Assembly (NCBI GenBank): GCA_035693825.1
Contig: DASSGB010000207.1
Coordinates: 384 to 64,383, forward strand
Origin: Anaerolineales bacterium
Lineage (GTDB): Bacteria > Chloroflexota > Anaerolineae > Anaerolineales > E44-bin32
Reading direction: 5' to 3'
DNA: 64,000 nt
The notes beneath the pieces are model-generated. The model saw only the letters and a program-made list of their open reading frames with translations. It was not told the origin of the DNA and made no database searches. Positions 8,028-16,918 of the stretch are shown here, in pieces (within the stretch, counting starts at the first letter, position 1; each line of letters opens with the position of its first letter). The position numbers and the translations under genes were made by a program.

Positions 8028-9161
8028 ATGCCCGGTCCCGTGAACGAGGCTGCCTCACCGACCATCGTCGTCCTCGAGGGTGATCAAACCGGCCAGGAGT
8101 TGCTCATCGAGGCTCTGCGCGTCCTCGACCCCTCCGTGGTTCGCGTGCCGCTGCGCTTCGAGCATTTCGATCTGAGCCTCGAGAATCGCCGCCGAACAGG
8201 CAATGCGGTCATCCTCGAAGCGGCCGAGGCCGTCCGCCGCACCGGCCTGGGGCTCAAAGCGGCCACGATCACCCCCGCCCCGTCGAATGGAAGCGCGCGA
8301 GGCGGAAGCGACCCCGACGACGTCGGAAGCCCCAACGCCATCCTGCGCGAAGCCATTGACGGCACGGTCATCTTGCGCACGGGGCGAAGGTTGCCCAACA
8401 TCCGCCCCGTCGGCGGAGTCCATGCCCCGATCTCCGTCGTACGCATGGCCGTGGGCGACGCGTACGGGGCGAAGGAGGCCCGGCGGCCGACGCCGGACGG
8501 CGACGAGATCGCCGAACGGACCGAGCGCATCAGCCGATCGGTCTGCCGGTCGGTGGCGGAGTTTTCCTTCCAGCATGCCGAGCGCACCGGCGCCAAGGTT
8601 TTCGGCGGCCCCAAATTCACCGTGAGTCCGGTGTACGAGGGCATGTTCAAGGAAGAGTTGGATGCTGCAGCCGCCCGGCATCCCACAGTGCCCTACGAAC
8701 CTCAACTCATCGACGCCACCTACGCCCTCTTGCTGCGCTCCTCCGGCGAAGCCATGGTCATCCCGGCCCTCAACCGCGATGGAGATTGCCTGTCGGATCT
8801 GGTGTTACAGATGTACGGCTCCATCGCCGGGTCCGAATCCCTTATCCTGGCCTTCGATGCCGAAGCCCTGCGAGTCGATACGGTGGTGGCCGAAGCGCCG
8901 CATGGCACGGCCCCCGCCCTGCAAGGCAAGAACATCGCCAATCCCATGGCGATGATCCTCGCCGGCGCGGCGCTTCTGACGTACTGGAGGAGGCCTCACG
9001 CCGATCGCGCCGCACGCGCCATCTACGAGTCGGTCTTCGAGTGCGTGTATCAGGGAGTGGCCACGCCCGACCTCGGCGGTCAGACGGGCACGTCGCAGTT
9101 CACCGACGAGGTCATCCGGCGTGTGACCACCAAGCTGGACGTGTGGACGACCCTCGCCTGA
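8028..9161 (+). CDS. isocitrate/isopropylmalate dehydrogenase-family (beta-decarboxylating) dehydrogenase, divergent
   Basis: IVVLEGDQTGQELL N-terminus, KAATITP, and the metal-site block ALNRDGDCLSDLVLQMYGSIAGSES in place of the canonical N-L-[FY]-G-D-I-L-S-D. Also EAPHGTAP and GKNIANPMAMIL. Confidence 0.75.
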   Translation: MPGPVNEAASPTIVVLEGDQTGQELLIEALRVLDPSVVRVPLRFEHFDLSLENRRRTGNAVILEAAEAVRRTGLGLKAATITPAPSNGSARGGSDPDDVGSPNAILREAIDGTVILRTGRRLPNIRPVGGVHAPISVVRMAVGDAYGAKEARRPTPDGDEIAERTERISRSVCRSVAEFSFQHAERTGAKVFGGPKFTVSPVYEGMFKEELDAAAARHPTVPYEPQLIDATYALLLRSSGEAMVIPALNRDGDCLSDLVLQMYGSIAGSESLILAFDAEALRVDTVVAEAPHGTAPALQGKNIANPMAMILAGAALLTYWRRPHADRAARAIYESVFECVYQGVATPDLGGQTGTSQFTDEVIRRVTTKLDVWTTLA

Positions 9162-9172
9162 CGCCGTGCGTC

Positions 9173-10075
9173 GTGCGCAACCGGAGCGGCCGCTGGCAGG
9201 CGGCGGTTCTGGCCGCGATCCTCAGCGCCTGCGCGGCTCCGCCCGCAAGCCCAACGCCGACGAGCGTTGCCCTGCCGACGCTTCCCCCGCCGCCTACCGC
9301 CACCATCCCTGCAGGATCGGAGTGGCTGCCGCTGGTCGATCTCACCCCATCGCTCATTCTCGAACCTCCGGAGTTCGTTCCCAGCGCCACCCCGACGCTG
9401 CTCTCGCTGCCCCTGCCCCCGGAGAAACTGATCCTCGAGGCTCCCGGGCCCGGTTCGCAATCCGGCACGCCGGTGCGTGTCGTCGGCTATGCCGGGCCCG
9501 CGGCTCGCGATCTTGTGACTCTGCGACTGTTGGGCGAGGACGGCCGGGAGCTGTCGCTTGTGCGAACCTACCTCCTGGTGCCCTCCGGGCGCGCCGGCCG
9601 CTTCGTGGCCGACCTGAGCTTCCAGATTCCCACCGTCGCCGAGGCGGCGATCGTCGAGGCCAGCTACCAGAACCCGTTCACCGGCCGATTGGACCATCTC
9701 GCGACGCGGCGACTCATCCTGCTGACCACCGGCCGGCCGCTCCTTCGATCCGGCATGGTCGGCGCAGAGAAGCTGTCGATCTTCACTCCGCGAGAGGACC
9801 AGGTGATCGAGGGCGGCTCGGTCCATATTCGCGGCGCGGCGTGGCTGGACGAGGATGTGCCTCTCCTGGTCGAGCTCATCGACCGGCAGGGGAATCTTCT
9901 TTCTTATACCGAGACGATGCCTGCAGCTCCCAAGCCGGGGGAACTGGGCACGTTCGAGGTCACGCTGCCCTACACCGTCCCGTATCCACAGTACGGCTGG
10001 GTGGCGGTCTCGGAGCGCGGTCTCGATCCCCCCACGCTCCTGCACTACACCAGCCTCAGGGTGTACCTCAAGTAA
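9173..10075 (+). CDS. lipoprotein with two Gmad2/Ig-like repeats (putative)
   Basis: In-frame GTG at 9173 gives VRNRSGRWQAAVLAAILSAC (lipobox). Pro/Thr-rich linker, then two similar beta-rich modules (VRVVGYAG..., VHIRGAAW...). The ORF-track extension back to 8786 overlaps the ICDH-family gene and is rejected. Confidence 0.55.
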   Translation: MRNRSGRWQAAVLAAILSACAAPPASPTPTSVALPTLPPPPTATIPAGSEWLPLVDLTPSLILEPPEFVPSATPTLLSLPLPPEKLILEAPGPGSQSGTPVRVVGYAGPAARDLVTLRLLGEDGRELSLVRTYLLVPSGRAGRFVADLSFQIPTVAEAAIVEASYQNPFTGRLDHLATRRLILLTTGRPLLRSGMVGAEKLSIFTPREDQVIEGGSVHIRGAAWLDEDVPLLVELIDRQGNLLSYTETMPAAPKPGELGTFEVTLPYTVPYPQYGWVAVSERGLDPPTLLHYTSLRVYLK

Positions 10076-10080
10076 CGGGT

Positions 10081-10168
10081 GCTGAGTCTTCAGCGTTCAG
10101 CGCTCAGCTTTCCGCTTCCGGACACCGAGATGAATTCTGACCACCGACCACTGACAACTGACCACTGA
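10081..10168. repeat. composite heptamer element, inverted copy of 4911..5027
   Basis: The reverse complement reads TCAGTGGTCAGTTGTCAGTGGTCGGTGGTCAGAATTCATC...GGAAAGCTGAGCGCTGAACGCTGAAGACTCAGC. Architecture and the central CAGAATTC match the 4911 copy. Confidence 0.85.
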
Positions 10169-10174
10169 TATAAT
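10169..10174 (+). promoter_or_regulatory. candidate -10 hexamer TATAAT 21 nt upstream of the VanW-family start (short or no leader)
   Basis: ccactgaTATAATgcccggccggtcatagcccgATG. No obvious RBS in between. Confidence 0.3.
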
Positions 10175-10194
10175 GCCCGGCCGGTCATAGCCCG

Positions 10195-12063
10195 ATGAAC
10201 CTGTCTCGTTCGCTCCTCCGCCCATCGATCGAGCCGTCGACATTGGTCGTGCGTCTTCTCAGCGCGTCCCTTGCCGCCGGTCTCGCGTTCGTTCTGGCGT
10301 TTTTCAGCTTCCTGGTGCTGACGCGACTGGCCTACGGCGGTCGCGCGCTGCCCGGCGTGCGCGTGGGCCACGTCGATGTCAGTGGACAGACCGAACCCGA
10401 GATCGCCACGACGCTCGGTGAGAAGATGACCTACCCGCAATCCGGAAGGCTCGTGCTGCGCGACGCCGATCATGTGTGGACGGCCGCGCCAGCCGAGCTG
10501 GGCGTGGTTCTGGATGTCCCCACCATGACCGCGCAGGCGCTGGCCGTCGGCCGGCGCGGCAGTCTCATGGAGCGACTGGGCGATCAGATGCAGGCCTGGT
10601 TCCGCGGGCGGGCCCTGTCCCCCATCGTGTTGATCGATGGGCGCGTGGCCTCGGCCTACTTCGCCCGCCTGTCGGCCGAGATCGATCGCCCGGTGGTCGA
10701 GGCCAGCCTGTCCGTCGACGGCCTCGAGGTCGAGGTCCAGCCGGGTCAGATCGGCCGGCATCTCGATACCACGGCCAGCCTGGCTTCGGTGGCTTCCGCC
10801 GCGGCCTCCCTGCGTGACGCGTCGATCGACCTGGCCGTGGTCGAGTCGTCGCCGCAGGTGCTGGATGTCAGCCAGCAGGCGGCCCAGGCCAGAGCCATTC
10901 TCAGCGCGCCGCTGACCCTGACGGCCGAGGGCGCCGGCCCATGGACCTTCGAGCCTCGCGAGCTGGCGCAAATGATGCGCTTCAATCGGGTCAATGACGA
11001 AAGCGGCTCGCGCTACGTTGTCGGACTCGACCCGGTCGTCCTGACCGAGTTTCTGACCGGCCTGGCTCCCGATCTGGAACGCAAGCCCGAGAACGCACGC
11101 TTCATCTTCAACGATGACACGCGTCAGCTCGATCTGCTGCAGTCGGCGGTCATCGGCCGCAGCCTCGACATTCCCGCCGCGGTGGAGGCCGTCAACGAGG
11201 GCCTGGCGCGCGGCACGCATGACATCCCGCTGGTGTTCGTCACCACCGATCCCGCCGTGGGGGACACGGCGACCGCCGAACAGTTGGGCATCACCGAAAA
11301 CATCCTGGTGGCTTCCTACGGCACGCAAGGCGCCACCAGCTACTTCGCCGGCTCGAGCCCGGAGCGCGTTCAGAACATCAAGACCGCTTCCGCCGTCTTC
11401 CACGGCCTGCTCATCGCCCCCGGCCAGACTTTCTCCATGGGAGACTACCTCGGCGACATCAGCCTCGACACGGGTTACGCCGAGGCGCTCATCATTCTGG
11501 GCAACCGCACCATCAAGGGCGTCGGCGGCGGGGTGTGCCAGGTCAGCACGACTCTCTTCCGGGCCGCGTTCTACGCAGGATTCCCGATCGTCGAGCGCCA
11601 TCCGCATGCCTATCGCGTCGGCTACTACGAGCAGGGGACCGGATCGCCGGGCCCCGGCCTCGACGCGACCGTCTTCCTGCCGCTGGTCGACTTCAAGTTC
11701 ACCAACGACACGCCTTACTGGCTGCTGATGGAAACGTACATCTACGGCAACCAGCTGCTGTGGAAGTTCTATTCCACCTCCGACGGCCGCACCGTCGAAT
11801 GGAGCAAGGACACCTCCAACAAGGTCGACGCGCCCGAGGCGATCTATCGCGAGAATGAGGATCTGCCCGAAGGCAAGATCGAACAGGTCGACTGGGAGGC
11901 CGACGGCCTGGACGTGGTCGTCTACCGGACGGTGACCCGCAACGGCGAGGTTCTGTACGAGGACCGCATCAAGACCCACTACCTCCCCTGGCGGGCGATC
12001 TACGAATTCGGCCCCGGCACGGATCTGCCCGACGATGCCAACGTCGAGGATAAAGACGACTGA
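10195..12063 (+). CDS. VanW-family protein with N-terminal membrane anchor and C-terminal G5-like domain
   Basis: N-terminal TM (LAAGLAFVLAFFSFLVL). VanW core GGGVCQVSTTLFRAAFYAGFPIVERHPH...YYEQG...GLDATVF. C-terminal EQVDWEADGLDVVVYRTVTRNGEVLYED resembles G5. Confidence 0.8.
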   Translation: MNLSRSLLRPSIEPSTLVVRLLSASLAAGLAFVLAFFSFLVLTRLAYGGRALPGVRVGHVDVSGQTEPEIATTLGEKMTYPQSGRLVLRDADHVWTAAPAELGVVLDVPTMTAQALAVGRRGSLMERLGDQMQAWFRGRALSPIVLIDGRVASAYFARLSAEIDRPVVEASLSVDGLEVEVQPGQIGRHLDTTASLASVASAAASLRDASIDLAVVESSPQVLDVSQQAAQARAILSAPLTLTAEGAGPWTFEPRELAQMMRFNRVNDESGSRYVVGLDPVVLTEFLTGLAPDLERKPENARFIFNDDTRQLDLLQSAVIGRSLDIPAAVEAVNEGLARGTHDIPLVFVTTDPAVGDTATAEQLGITENILVASYGTQGATSYFAGSSPERVQNIKTASAVFHGLLIAPGQTFSMGDYLGDISLDTGYAEALIILGNRTIKGVGGGVCQVSTTLFRAAFYAGFPIVERHPHAYRVGYYEQGTGSPGPGLDATVFLPLVDFKFTNDTPYWLLMETYIYGNQLLWKFYSTSDGRTVEWSKDTSNKVDAPEAIYRENEDLPEGKIEQVDWEADGLDVVVYRTVTRNGEVLYEDRIKTHYLPWRAIYEFGPGTDLPDDANVEDKDD

Positions 12064-12120
12064 CGCCCGGATGCCCGGCGCGACCCTCGATGATAGAATG
12101 AGCCACCGCGGAGCGCCGCC

Positions 12121-12345
12121 ATGATCAGCCCCGACCTGCTCGAAATCCTGCGCTGTCCGCATTGCGTGCGCGACAAAGACGGCCTGCTGGTCCTGGTCAG
12201 GGAAAGCTGGCTGGTCTGTCAGGAACCGGATTGTCGTCGCAAGTACCCCATCCGCGACGACATCCCGGTGATGTTGATCGACGAGGGGACCAAGTGGATC
12301 AACGTCGCCGAGGCGAATCTACCGATCCCACCGCCGGGAGATTGA
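12121..12345 (+). CDS. Trm112/UPF0434-family small zinc-ribbon-like protein
   Basis: LLEILRCPHC...LVCQEPDCRRKYPIRDDIPVMLIDE is the typical Trm112p-like signature. A TAGAAT -10-like hexamer lies at 12094..12099. Confidence 0.75.
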   Translation: MISPDLLEILRCPHCVRDKDGLLVLVRESWLVCQEPDCRRKYPIRDDIPVMLIDEGTKWINVAEANLPIPPPGD

Positions 12346-12352
12346 CCTGCAC

Positions 12353-12928
12353 GTGACCGATCTGGCCGGCACGATCCGGCAGCTTCTTGGTGGGGATGAA
12401 GCCCGGGCCGAGGCCGCCGCCAGCCTCCTGCCACCCTTCGGTCCCCCAGCCCTGCAGAAGCTCCTCGAACTCACCGGCGCCTCCGAGGCGGACACGCGTT
12501 GGTGGGCGGCGCGCGCCCTGGCCGGTTTTGCCGAAGCGGCCACGCGGGAAGCCCTGCTTCGACTCTTGAAGGACGACGACAGCGCCGTGCGCCAGTGCGC
12601 CGCGCTTGGATTGCGCCTCCATCCTTCGAGCGATTCATTGCCGGCGCTCCTCCAGGCCATGGCCGACGATGACCCCCTGGTCGCTCGCCTCGCGGCTGAC
12701 GCCGTGACCGCCTGCGGGCCTGAGGCCGTGCCGCATCTCGAGAGTGCCCTCCGCTCGGAGCACCCTCGGGTCCGGATCGAAGCCGCGCGGGCCCTGGCCG
12801 AGCTGCGCCATCCCAGCGCGATCCCCGCCTTGTATTTCGCGCTGCGCGACCCCACGCCTCTGGTCGAGCATTGGGCCACGCGCGGGCTCGAGGTCCTGGG
12901 GCAGGGAATGGTGTACTTCAAGCCATAG
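12353..12928 (+). CDS. HEAT-repeat protein
   Basis: GTG start. Repeated units: D..VR..AA.AL (DTRWWAARALAG, DSAVRQCAALGL, DPLVARLAADAV, HPRVRIEAARALA). Confidence 0.7.
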   Translation: MTDLAGTIRQLLGGDEARAEAAASLLPPFGPPALQKLLELTGASEADTRWWAARALAGFAEAATREALLRLLKDDDSAVRQCAALGLRLHPSSDSLPALLQAMADDDPLVARLAADAVTACGPEAVPHLESALRSEHPRVRIEAARALAELRHPSAIPALYFALRDPTPLVEHWATRGLEVLGQGMVYFKP

Positions 12929-12967
12929 AAACCGAAAACCCGGCTTGCCCGGCAAACCGGGTTTCGC
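12928..12967. repeat. GAAACCCGG-TTGC hairpin family, copy 1 (between convergent genes; possible bidirectional terminator)
   Basis: GAAACCGAAAACCCGGCTTGCCCGGCAAACCGGGTTTCGC. Confidence 0.8.
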
Positions 12968-12991
12968 ATCTCCGCACCTCAGACCGTCTGA

Positions 12992-13480
12992 TTACCCCGC
13001 CAGGACCCATCCCACCCAGGCCGCTGCCATCAGCAACGCCAGGCCCAGTTTCACGCCCATCGAGGCCCCGCAGCCCAGGGCCATGCCGACCGCCCCGCGC
13101 AGGGCCTGCCGGGCATCGCGCAGCCGGAGATACTCCGCCAGGAAGGTGCCGGCCAACAAGCCGATGACCGCGCCGACGACAGAGAAGAACACGAATCCGA
13201 TCAGCCCCAGCACGAGCCCGCCGAGAATCGCCCAACCGGAGGCGCCGCCCAGGCGCGCACCGGCCGAGCTCACCCAGACCTCGGCCACCAGGCCCGCCAG
13301 AGCCGCCAGCGTCATCAAACCGAACAGCCACGGCCCCCAGGTTCCCCAACCCACGACGACGCCGTAGATCAAACCTGCAACCCACATCATCACCAAATCG
13401 GGAAGCGCCGGAACCACGGCGCCCACCACCCCGAGCAGCATCACCAAGGCGATGACAATCGTGACCGCGTCCGCGTTCAC
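12992..13480 (-). CDS. DUF456-family membrane protein
   Basis: Four glycine-rich helices ending in [17 protein letters not shown], typical of DUF456. In-frame GTG at 13480 overlaps the serS stop (GTGA), so I prefer it over 13519. Confidence 0.65.
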   Translation of the reverse strand: MNADAVTIVIALVMLLGVVGAVVPALPDLVMMWVAGLIYGVVVGWGTWGPWLFGLMTLAALAGLVAEVWVSSAGARLGGASGWAILGGLVLGLIGFVFFSVVGAVIGLLAGTFLAEYLRLRDARQALRGAVGMALGCGASMGVKLGLALLMAAAWVGWVLAG

Positions 13481-14754
13481 GTCGTCTCCGGTTCGATCAG
13501 CTCGAGCCCGCCCATCCACGGCCGAAGCACTTCGGGAATGTGCACGGTTCCATCGGCCTGCTGGAAATTCTCCAGCACGGCGATCATCGTGCGGGGCAAT
13601 CCCAGGCCCGAGCCGTTGAGGGTGTGCAGCGGGCGCGGCTTACCGCCGTCGGCGGGCCGATAGCGAGCGTTCGCCCGGCGCGCCTGGAAATCGCCGCAGT
13701 TGGACACCGATGAGACCTCCAGCCATTCCTCGATCCCTGGCGCCCAGACCTCGACGTCGAAAGTCTTGCGCGCCGTGAAGCCCAGGTCGCCGGTGCACAG
13801 CAGCCGTACTCGATGCGTCAGCCCAAGGTCGACGCACGTAGCCTCGGCATCCGCCAGCATGCGCTCAAGCTCTCGGTCCGATTCTTCGGGCAGGCAGAAG
13901 GCATACATTTCCACTTTGTCGAACTGATGCCCGCGTTTGATGCCCCGCACGTCGCGCCCGGCCGACATCTTTTCACGGCGGAAGCAGGGCGTGTAGGCGG
14001 TGTAACGCCGCGGCAGCGAGTCGGCGTCGAGGATCTCGTCCATGTGCAGCCCGGTCAGGGGCACCTCGGCGGTGGGCACGAGCCACAGGTCTTCCTCGTG
14101 GTCCCGGTATAGATTGTCGGCAAACTTCGGCAGCTGACCGGCGGCGAACAGAGTCTCACCACGCACCAGGAACGGCGGGTAATACTCGGTGTAGCCCTGT
14201 CGCCGGTGAAGGTCGAGCATCCAGGCGATCAGGGCGCGCTGCAAACGCGCCCCGGCTCCGCGCAGCACGTAGAAGCGCGAGCCGGTGATCTTCACCCCGC
14301 GCTCGAAGTCCAGGATCCCAAGGCCCGGCCCCAGATCCCAATGCGGGCGCGCGGCAAAGGGCAGGTGCCGAGGCTCAGCCGCCGTGCGGACGACAACATT
14401 GGCGCTTTCGTCGGGGCCGTCGGGAACATCCTCGGCCGGGAGGTTGGGAAGGCCCGCCAGCAGTTCGTGCAAGCTTTGATCGACCTGGCGCACTTCGCCG
14501 TCGAGGCCGTCGATGCGGTCGCCGATCAGGCGCATCTCGTCGATGCGCGCCTGGCGAGCCGCGGCGTCCTTCATGGCCCCGATCTCTTTGGAGACGCGGT
14601 TGCGCTCGGCCTTGAGCGATTCCACCTCGCTCAGCAGGCGGCGCCGCCGGCCGTCGAGGTCGAGCGCCTCGTCCAGCGGAGGTTCGAAGCCGCGCCGCCG
14701 GAGTCCGGCGCGCACGATCTCCGGGTGATCACGGACGTACTGAATGTCGAGCAT
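13477..14754 (-). CDS. serS: seryl-tRNA synthetase
   Basis: [12 protein letters not shown] start (ATG 14754), N-terminal coiled-coil arm, class II motifs TPCFRRE and [18 protein letters not shown]. Confidence 0.95.
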   Translation of the reverse strand: MLDIQYVRDHPEIVRAGLRRRGFEPPLDEALDLDGRRRRLLSEVESLKAERNRVSKEIGAMKDAAARQARIDEMRLIGDRIDGLDGEVRQVDQSLHELLAGLPNLPAEDVPDGPDESANVVVRTAAEPRHLPFAARPHWDLGPGLGILDFERGVKITGSRFYVLRGAGARLQRALIAWMLDLHRRQGYTEYYPPFLVRGETLFAAGQLPKFADNLYRDHEEDLWLVPTAEVPLTGLHMDEILDADSLPRRYTAYTPCFRREKMSAGRDVRGIKRGHQFDKVEMYAFCLPEESDRELERMLADAEATCVDLGLTHRVRLLCTGDLGFTARKTFDVEVWAPGIEEWLEVSSVSNCGDFQARRANARYRPADGGKPRPLHTLNGSGLGLPRTMIAVLENFQQADGTVHIPEVLRPWMGGLELIEPETT

Positions 14755-14786
14755 CGGCCCTCCCCGACGGCGAGCCCCCATGATAG

Positions 14787-14950
14787 CAGTGGACAGTGGA
14801 CAGTAGTGGGTGGTCAGCTGGAATGCGTACGGACCACCGGCCACTCACCCTGCGCTTCGTCTTGCGGAAGTAAGGTAAGCGCAGGGGTCACCCCTGCGCT
14901 TCGTCTTGCGGAAGCAAGGTAAGCGCAGGGGTCACCACTGACCACTGATC
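14787..14950. repeat. composite palindromic element: (CAGTGGA/T)n - two tandem 43/44-nt hairpin units - (ACCACTG)n
   Basis: Units at 14846..14888 and 14889..14932: CACCC(C)TGCGCTTCGTCTTGCGGAAG(T/C)AAGGTAAGCGCAGGGGT. Flanked by CAGTGGACAGTGGACAGTAGTGGGTGGTCAG on the left and CACCACTGACCACTGA on the right. Confidence 0.9.
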
Positions 14951-15411
14951 TAGCCCCGGCTGGCCTCTGTTTCCTTCAGCCCATCGAGAAGCTGTTGGAG
15001 CAGACGCAGCAAGGCCAGCTGGTCGGACCGATTCATTCCGCGCAGCGCCCTTCGCCAGCGAAGATCGAGTCGCCGCGGCACCGCTCGCAGCAGGGCCCGG
15101 CCGCGAAGCGTCAAACGCACCGCCACCCGCCGACGATCGCTCGACGAGCGGCGCCGGGCGACCCAGCCGCGCCGCACGAGCAGGTCGACGATGGCCGTCA
15201 TCGTGGCCGGGTCCTGCAGGCTGGCCTGCGCCAGCTCGGCCATCCCCACCTCGCGCCGGGCCGTCGCCAGGTAGACCAGCGGCACGTATTGGGCCACCGT
15301 CAGTCGGAACGGGTCCAGATCCTCGGCCAACTCCCGCCGCACCCGCCACCATAGGTGGAGCGCCAGAGGCAGAAGGGAGCGCGCTTCCAGCGAAGTTTCG
15401 GTTCGTGCCAT
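14950..15411 (-). CDS. MarR-family transcriptional regulator
   Basis: Winged-helix core TVAQYVPLVYLATARREVGMAELAQ...LVRRGWVARRRSSSDRRRVAVRLTLRG. Confidence 0.85.
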   Translation of the reverse strand: MARTETSLEARSLLPLALHLWWRVRRELAEDLDPFRLTVAQYVPLVYLATARREVGMAELAQASLQDPATMTAIVDLLVRRGWVARRRSSSDRRRVAVRLTLRGRALLRAVPRRLDLRWRRALRGMNRSDQLALLRLLQQLLDGLKETEASRG

Positions 15412-15541
15412 AGATTATTTGTATCACGAAACGAAATTGCCTATCGACAGACAGCCGAACAGCAATTGACAAACCTCCGGGGCGCGCCGTATGCTTGACA
15501 CACAGTTTCCGAGTCTCCGTTCCTCCTGGATGTAAGCGACC
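15412..15541. promoter_or_regulatory. divergent MarR / alpha-oxoamine synthase control region (lower GC, promoter-like hexamers)
   Basis: The most AT-rich intergenic stretch nearby. TTGACA at 15466..15471 with TATGCT 18 nt downstream (15490..15495), and a second TTGACA at 15495..15500. A likely site of MarR autoregulation or control. Confidence 0.3.
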
Positions 15542-16774
15542 ATGACCGCATCGAATCTGTCGTCCGCCTCCGCCGCCCCGGCGAAGGCACCCCTGGATAT
15601 CTTCGCCAAGTGCGGCGAATTCACCGACGCGCGTTTGGCGCAGGCCGCCGGCCTGTACCCCTACTTTCTTCCCCTGGAAGACACCGAGGGGACCGAGGTC
15701 GTGGTCAACGGCCGCCGCATTTTGATGATCGGCTCGAACAATTATCTCGGGCTGACCCAGGACCCGCGCGTGCGCAAGGCCTCCATGGAGGCCGTCGAGC
15801 GCTACGGCACGTCGTGCACCGGCTCGCGCTTTCTGAATGGGACCCTCAAGCTCCACCAGGAACTCGAGGCGCGGCTGGCTGCCTTCGTGGCCAAGCCGGC
15901 CGCCCTGGTCTTCAGCACCGGTTACCAGGTCAACGTGGGCACGATCTCATGTCTCGTCGGCCGGGGCGATGTCGTCATCGCCGACAAGGACGATCACGCG
16001 TCGATCGTCGACGGCTGCATGCTGGCGCTGGGCGAGCTGCGGCGCTTCAACCACAATGACCTGCCCCATCTGCAACGCGTCCTGGCGGGCCTCGACGACA
16101 AGGTCGGCCGCCTGGTGGTCGTCGACGGGGTGTATTCGATGGGCGGGGATCTGGCGCCGCTGCCCGAGCTCGTTCCGATGTGCCACCGATACGGCGCCCG
16201 GATCATGGTCGACGACGCCCACAGCCTGGGAGTCATGGGTCGCGGGCGCGGCACGGCGGCGCACTTCGGCCTCACCGACCAGGTCGATCTGATCATGGGC
16301 ACGTTCAGCAAGTCATTCGCCTCGCTGGGCGGGTTCATCGCCGGAGACGACGACGTCGTTCACTACATCCAGCACCACGCCCGATCGCTGATCTTCAGCG
16401 CCTCCATGCCGGCCTCGAATGTGGCCGCCGTCCTGGCGTCGGTGGACATCATGGAGAACGAACCCGAGCGCGTCGACCGACTGTGGGCCGTCACCGAGCG
16501 TATGCGCACCGGGTTGAAAGCCATGGGCTTCCACATGGGCCCCAGCGTGACGCCTATCATCCCTATCGTCACCGGCGATATGGCGACGACGATCCTGGCG
16601 TGGAAGAAATGCTTCGAGGCCGGCCTGTACACCAACGCCGTCCTGGCGCCGGCGGTGCCGCCCGATGAGTGCCTGCTGCGCACGTCGTATATGGCGACCC
16701 ACACCGACGAGCAGATCGATCGGGCCTTGAGCATCCTGGGCGACGTCGGGCTGGAACTCGGCCTGATCAGCTGA
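15542..16774 (+). CDS. PLP-dependent alpha-oxoamine synthase, serine-palmitoyltransferase-like
   Basis: LYPYFLPLEDTEGTEVVVNGRRILMIGSNNYLGLT, VDDAHSLG, and PLP-lysine block GTFSKSFASLGGFIAGD. As I recall, TFSKS..GGF is the SPT-type form, versus GTLGKA in KBL/ALAS and TFGK in BioF. Confidence 0.8.
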   Translation: MTASNLSSASAAPAKAPLDIFAKCGEFTDARLAQAAGLYPYFLPLEDTEGTEVVVNGRRILMIGSNNYLGLTQDPRVRKASMEAVERYGTSCTGSRFLNGTLKLHQELEARLAAFVAKPAALVFSTGYQVNVGTISCLVGRGDVVIADKDDHASIVDGCMLALGELRRFNHNDLPHLQRVLAGLDDKVGRLVVVDGVYSMGGDLAPLPELVPMCHRYGARIMVDDAHSLGVMGRGRGTAAHFGLTDQVDLIMGTFSKSFASLGGFIAGDDDVVHYIQHHARSLIFSASMPASNVAAVLASVDIMENEPERVDRLWAVTERMRTGLKAMGFHMGPSVTPIIPIVTGDMATTILAWKKCFEAGLYTNAVLAPAVPPDECLLRTSYMATHTDEQIDRALSILGDVGLELGLIS

Positions 16775-16918
16775 AGCTGCGCGCTCTCCGCGCGTTCGCC
16801 GCCGACGCCAAGCCTCATGCCGGACCAGTCTTCCCTGCCGATCACGGCAAGCCGCGGTCTTCTGCCTCCTTCAGCACACCTTCGTAAGATCGAGCCTTCG
16901 ACCCACCCGGGATAGGAC

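Noticed and set aside
8786-9172. N-terminal extension of the lipoprotein ORF overlapping the 3' third of the ICDH-family gene
   Set aside because: The overlapping part is Arg-rich out-of-frame translation of the dehydrogenase. An in-frame GTG at 9173, directly after the dehydrogenase stop, yields a proper lipoprotein signal peptide.
10090-12162. 690-aa ORF on the minus strand, antisense to the VanW-family gene
   Set aside because: It is a typical high-GC antisense shadow ORF. Its composition is Arg/Gly/Ala/Asp-rich and repetitive with no recognisable motifs, whereas the plus-strand frame carries clear VanW/G5 signatures.
15424-15624. 66-aa minus-strand ORF in the MarR / alpha-oxoamine synthase intergenic region
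   Set aside because: It overlaps the start of the synthase gene in antisense and the promoter-like region. It has no RBS and no conserved features, and is most likely non-coding regulatory DNA.
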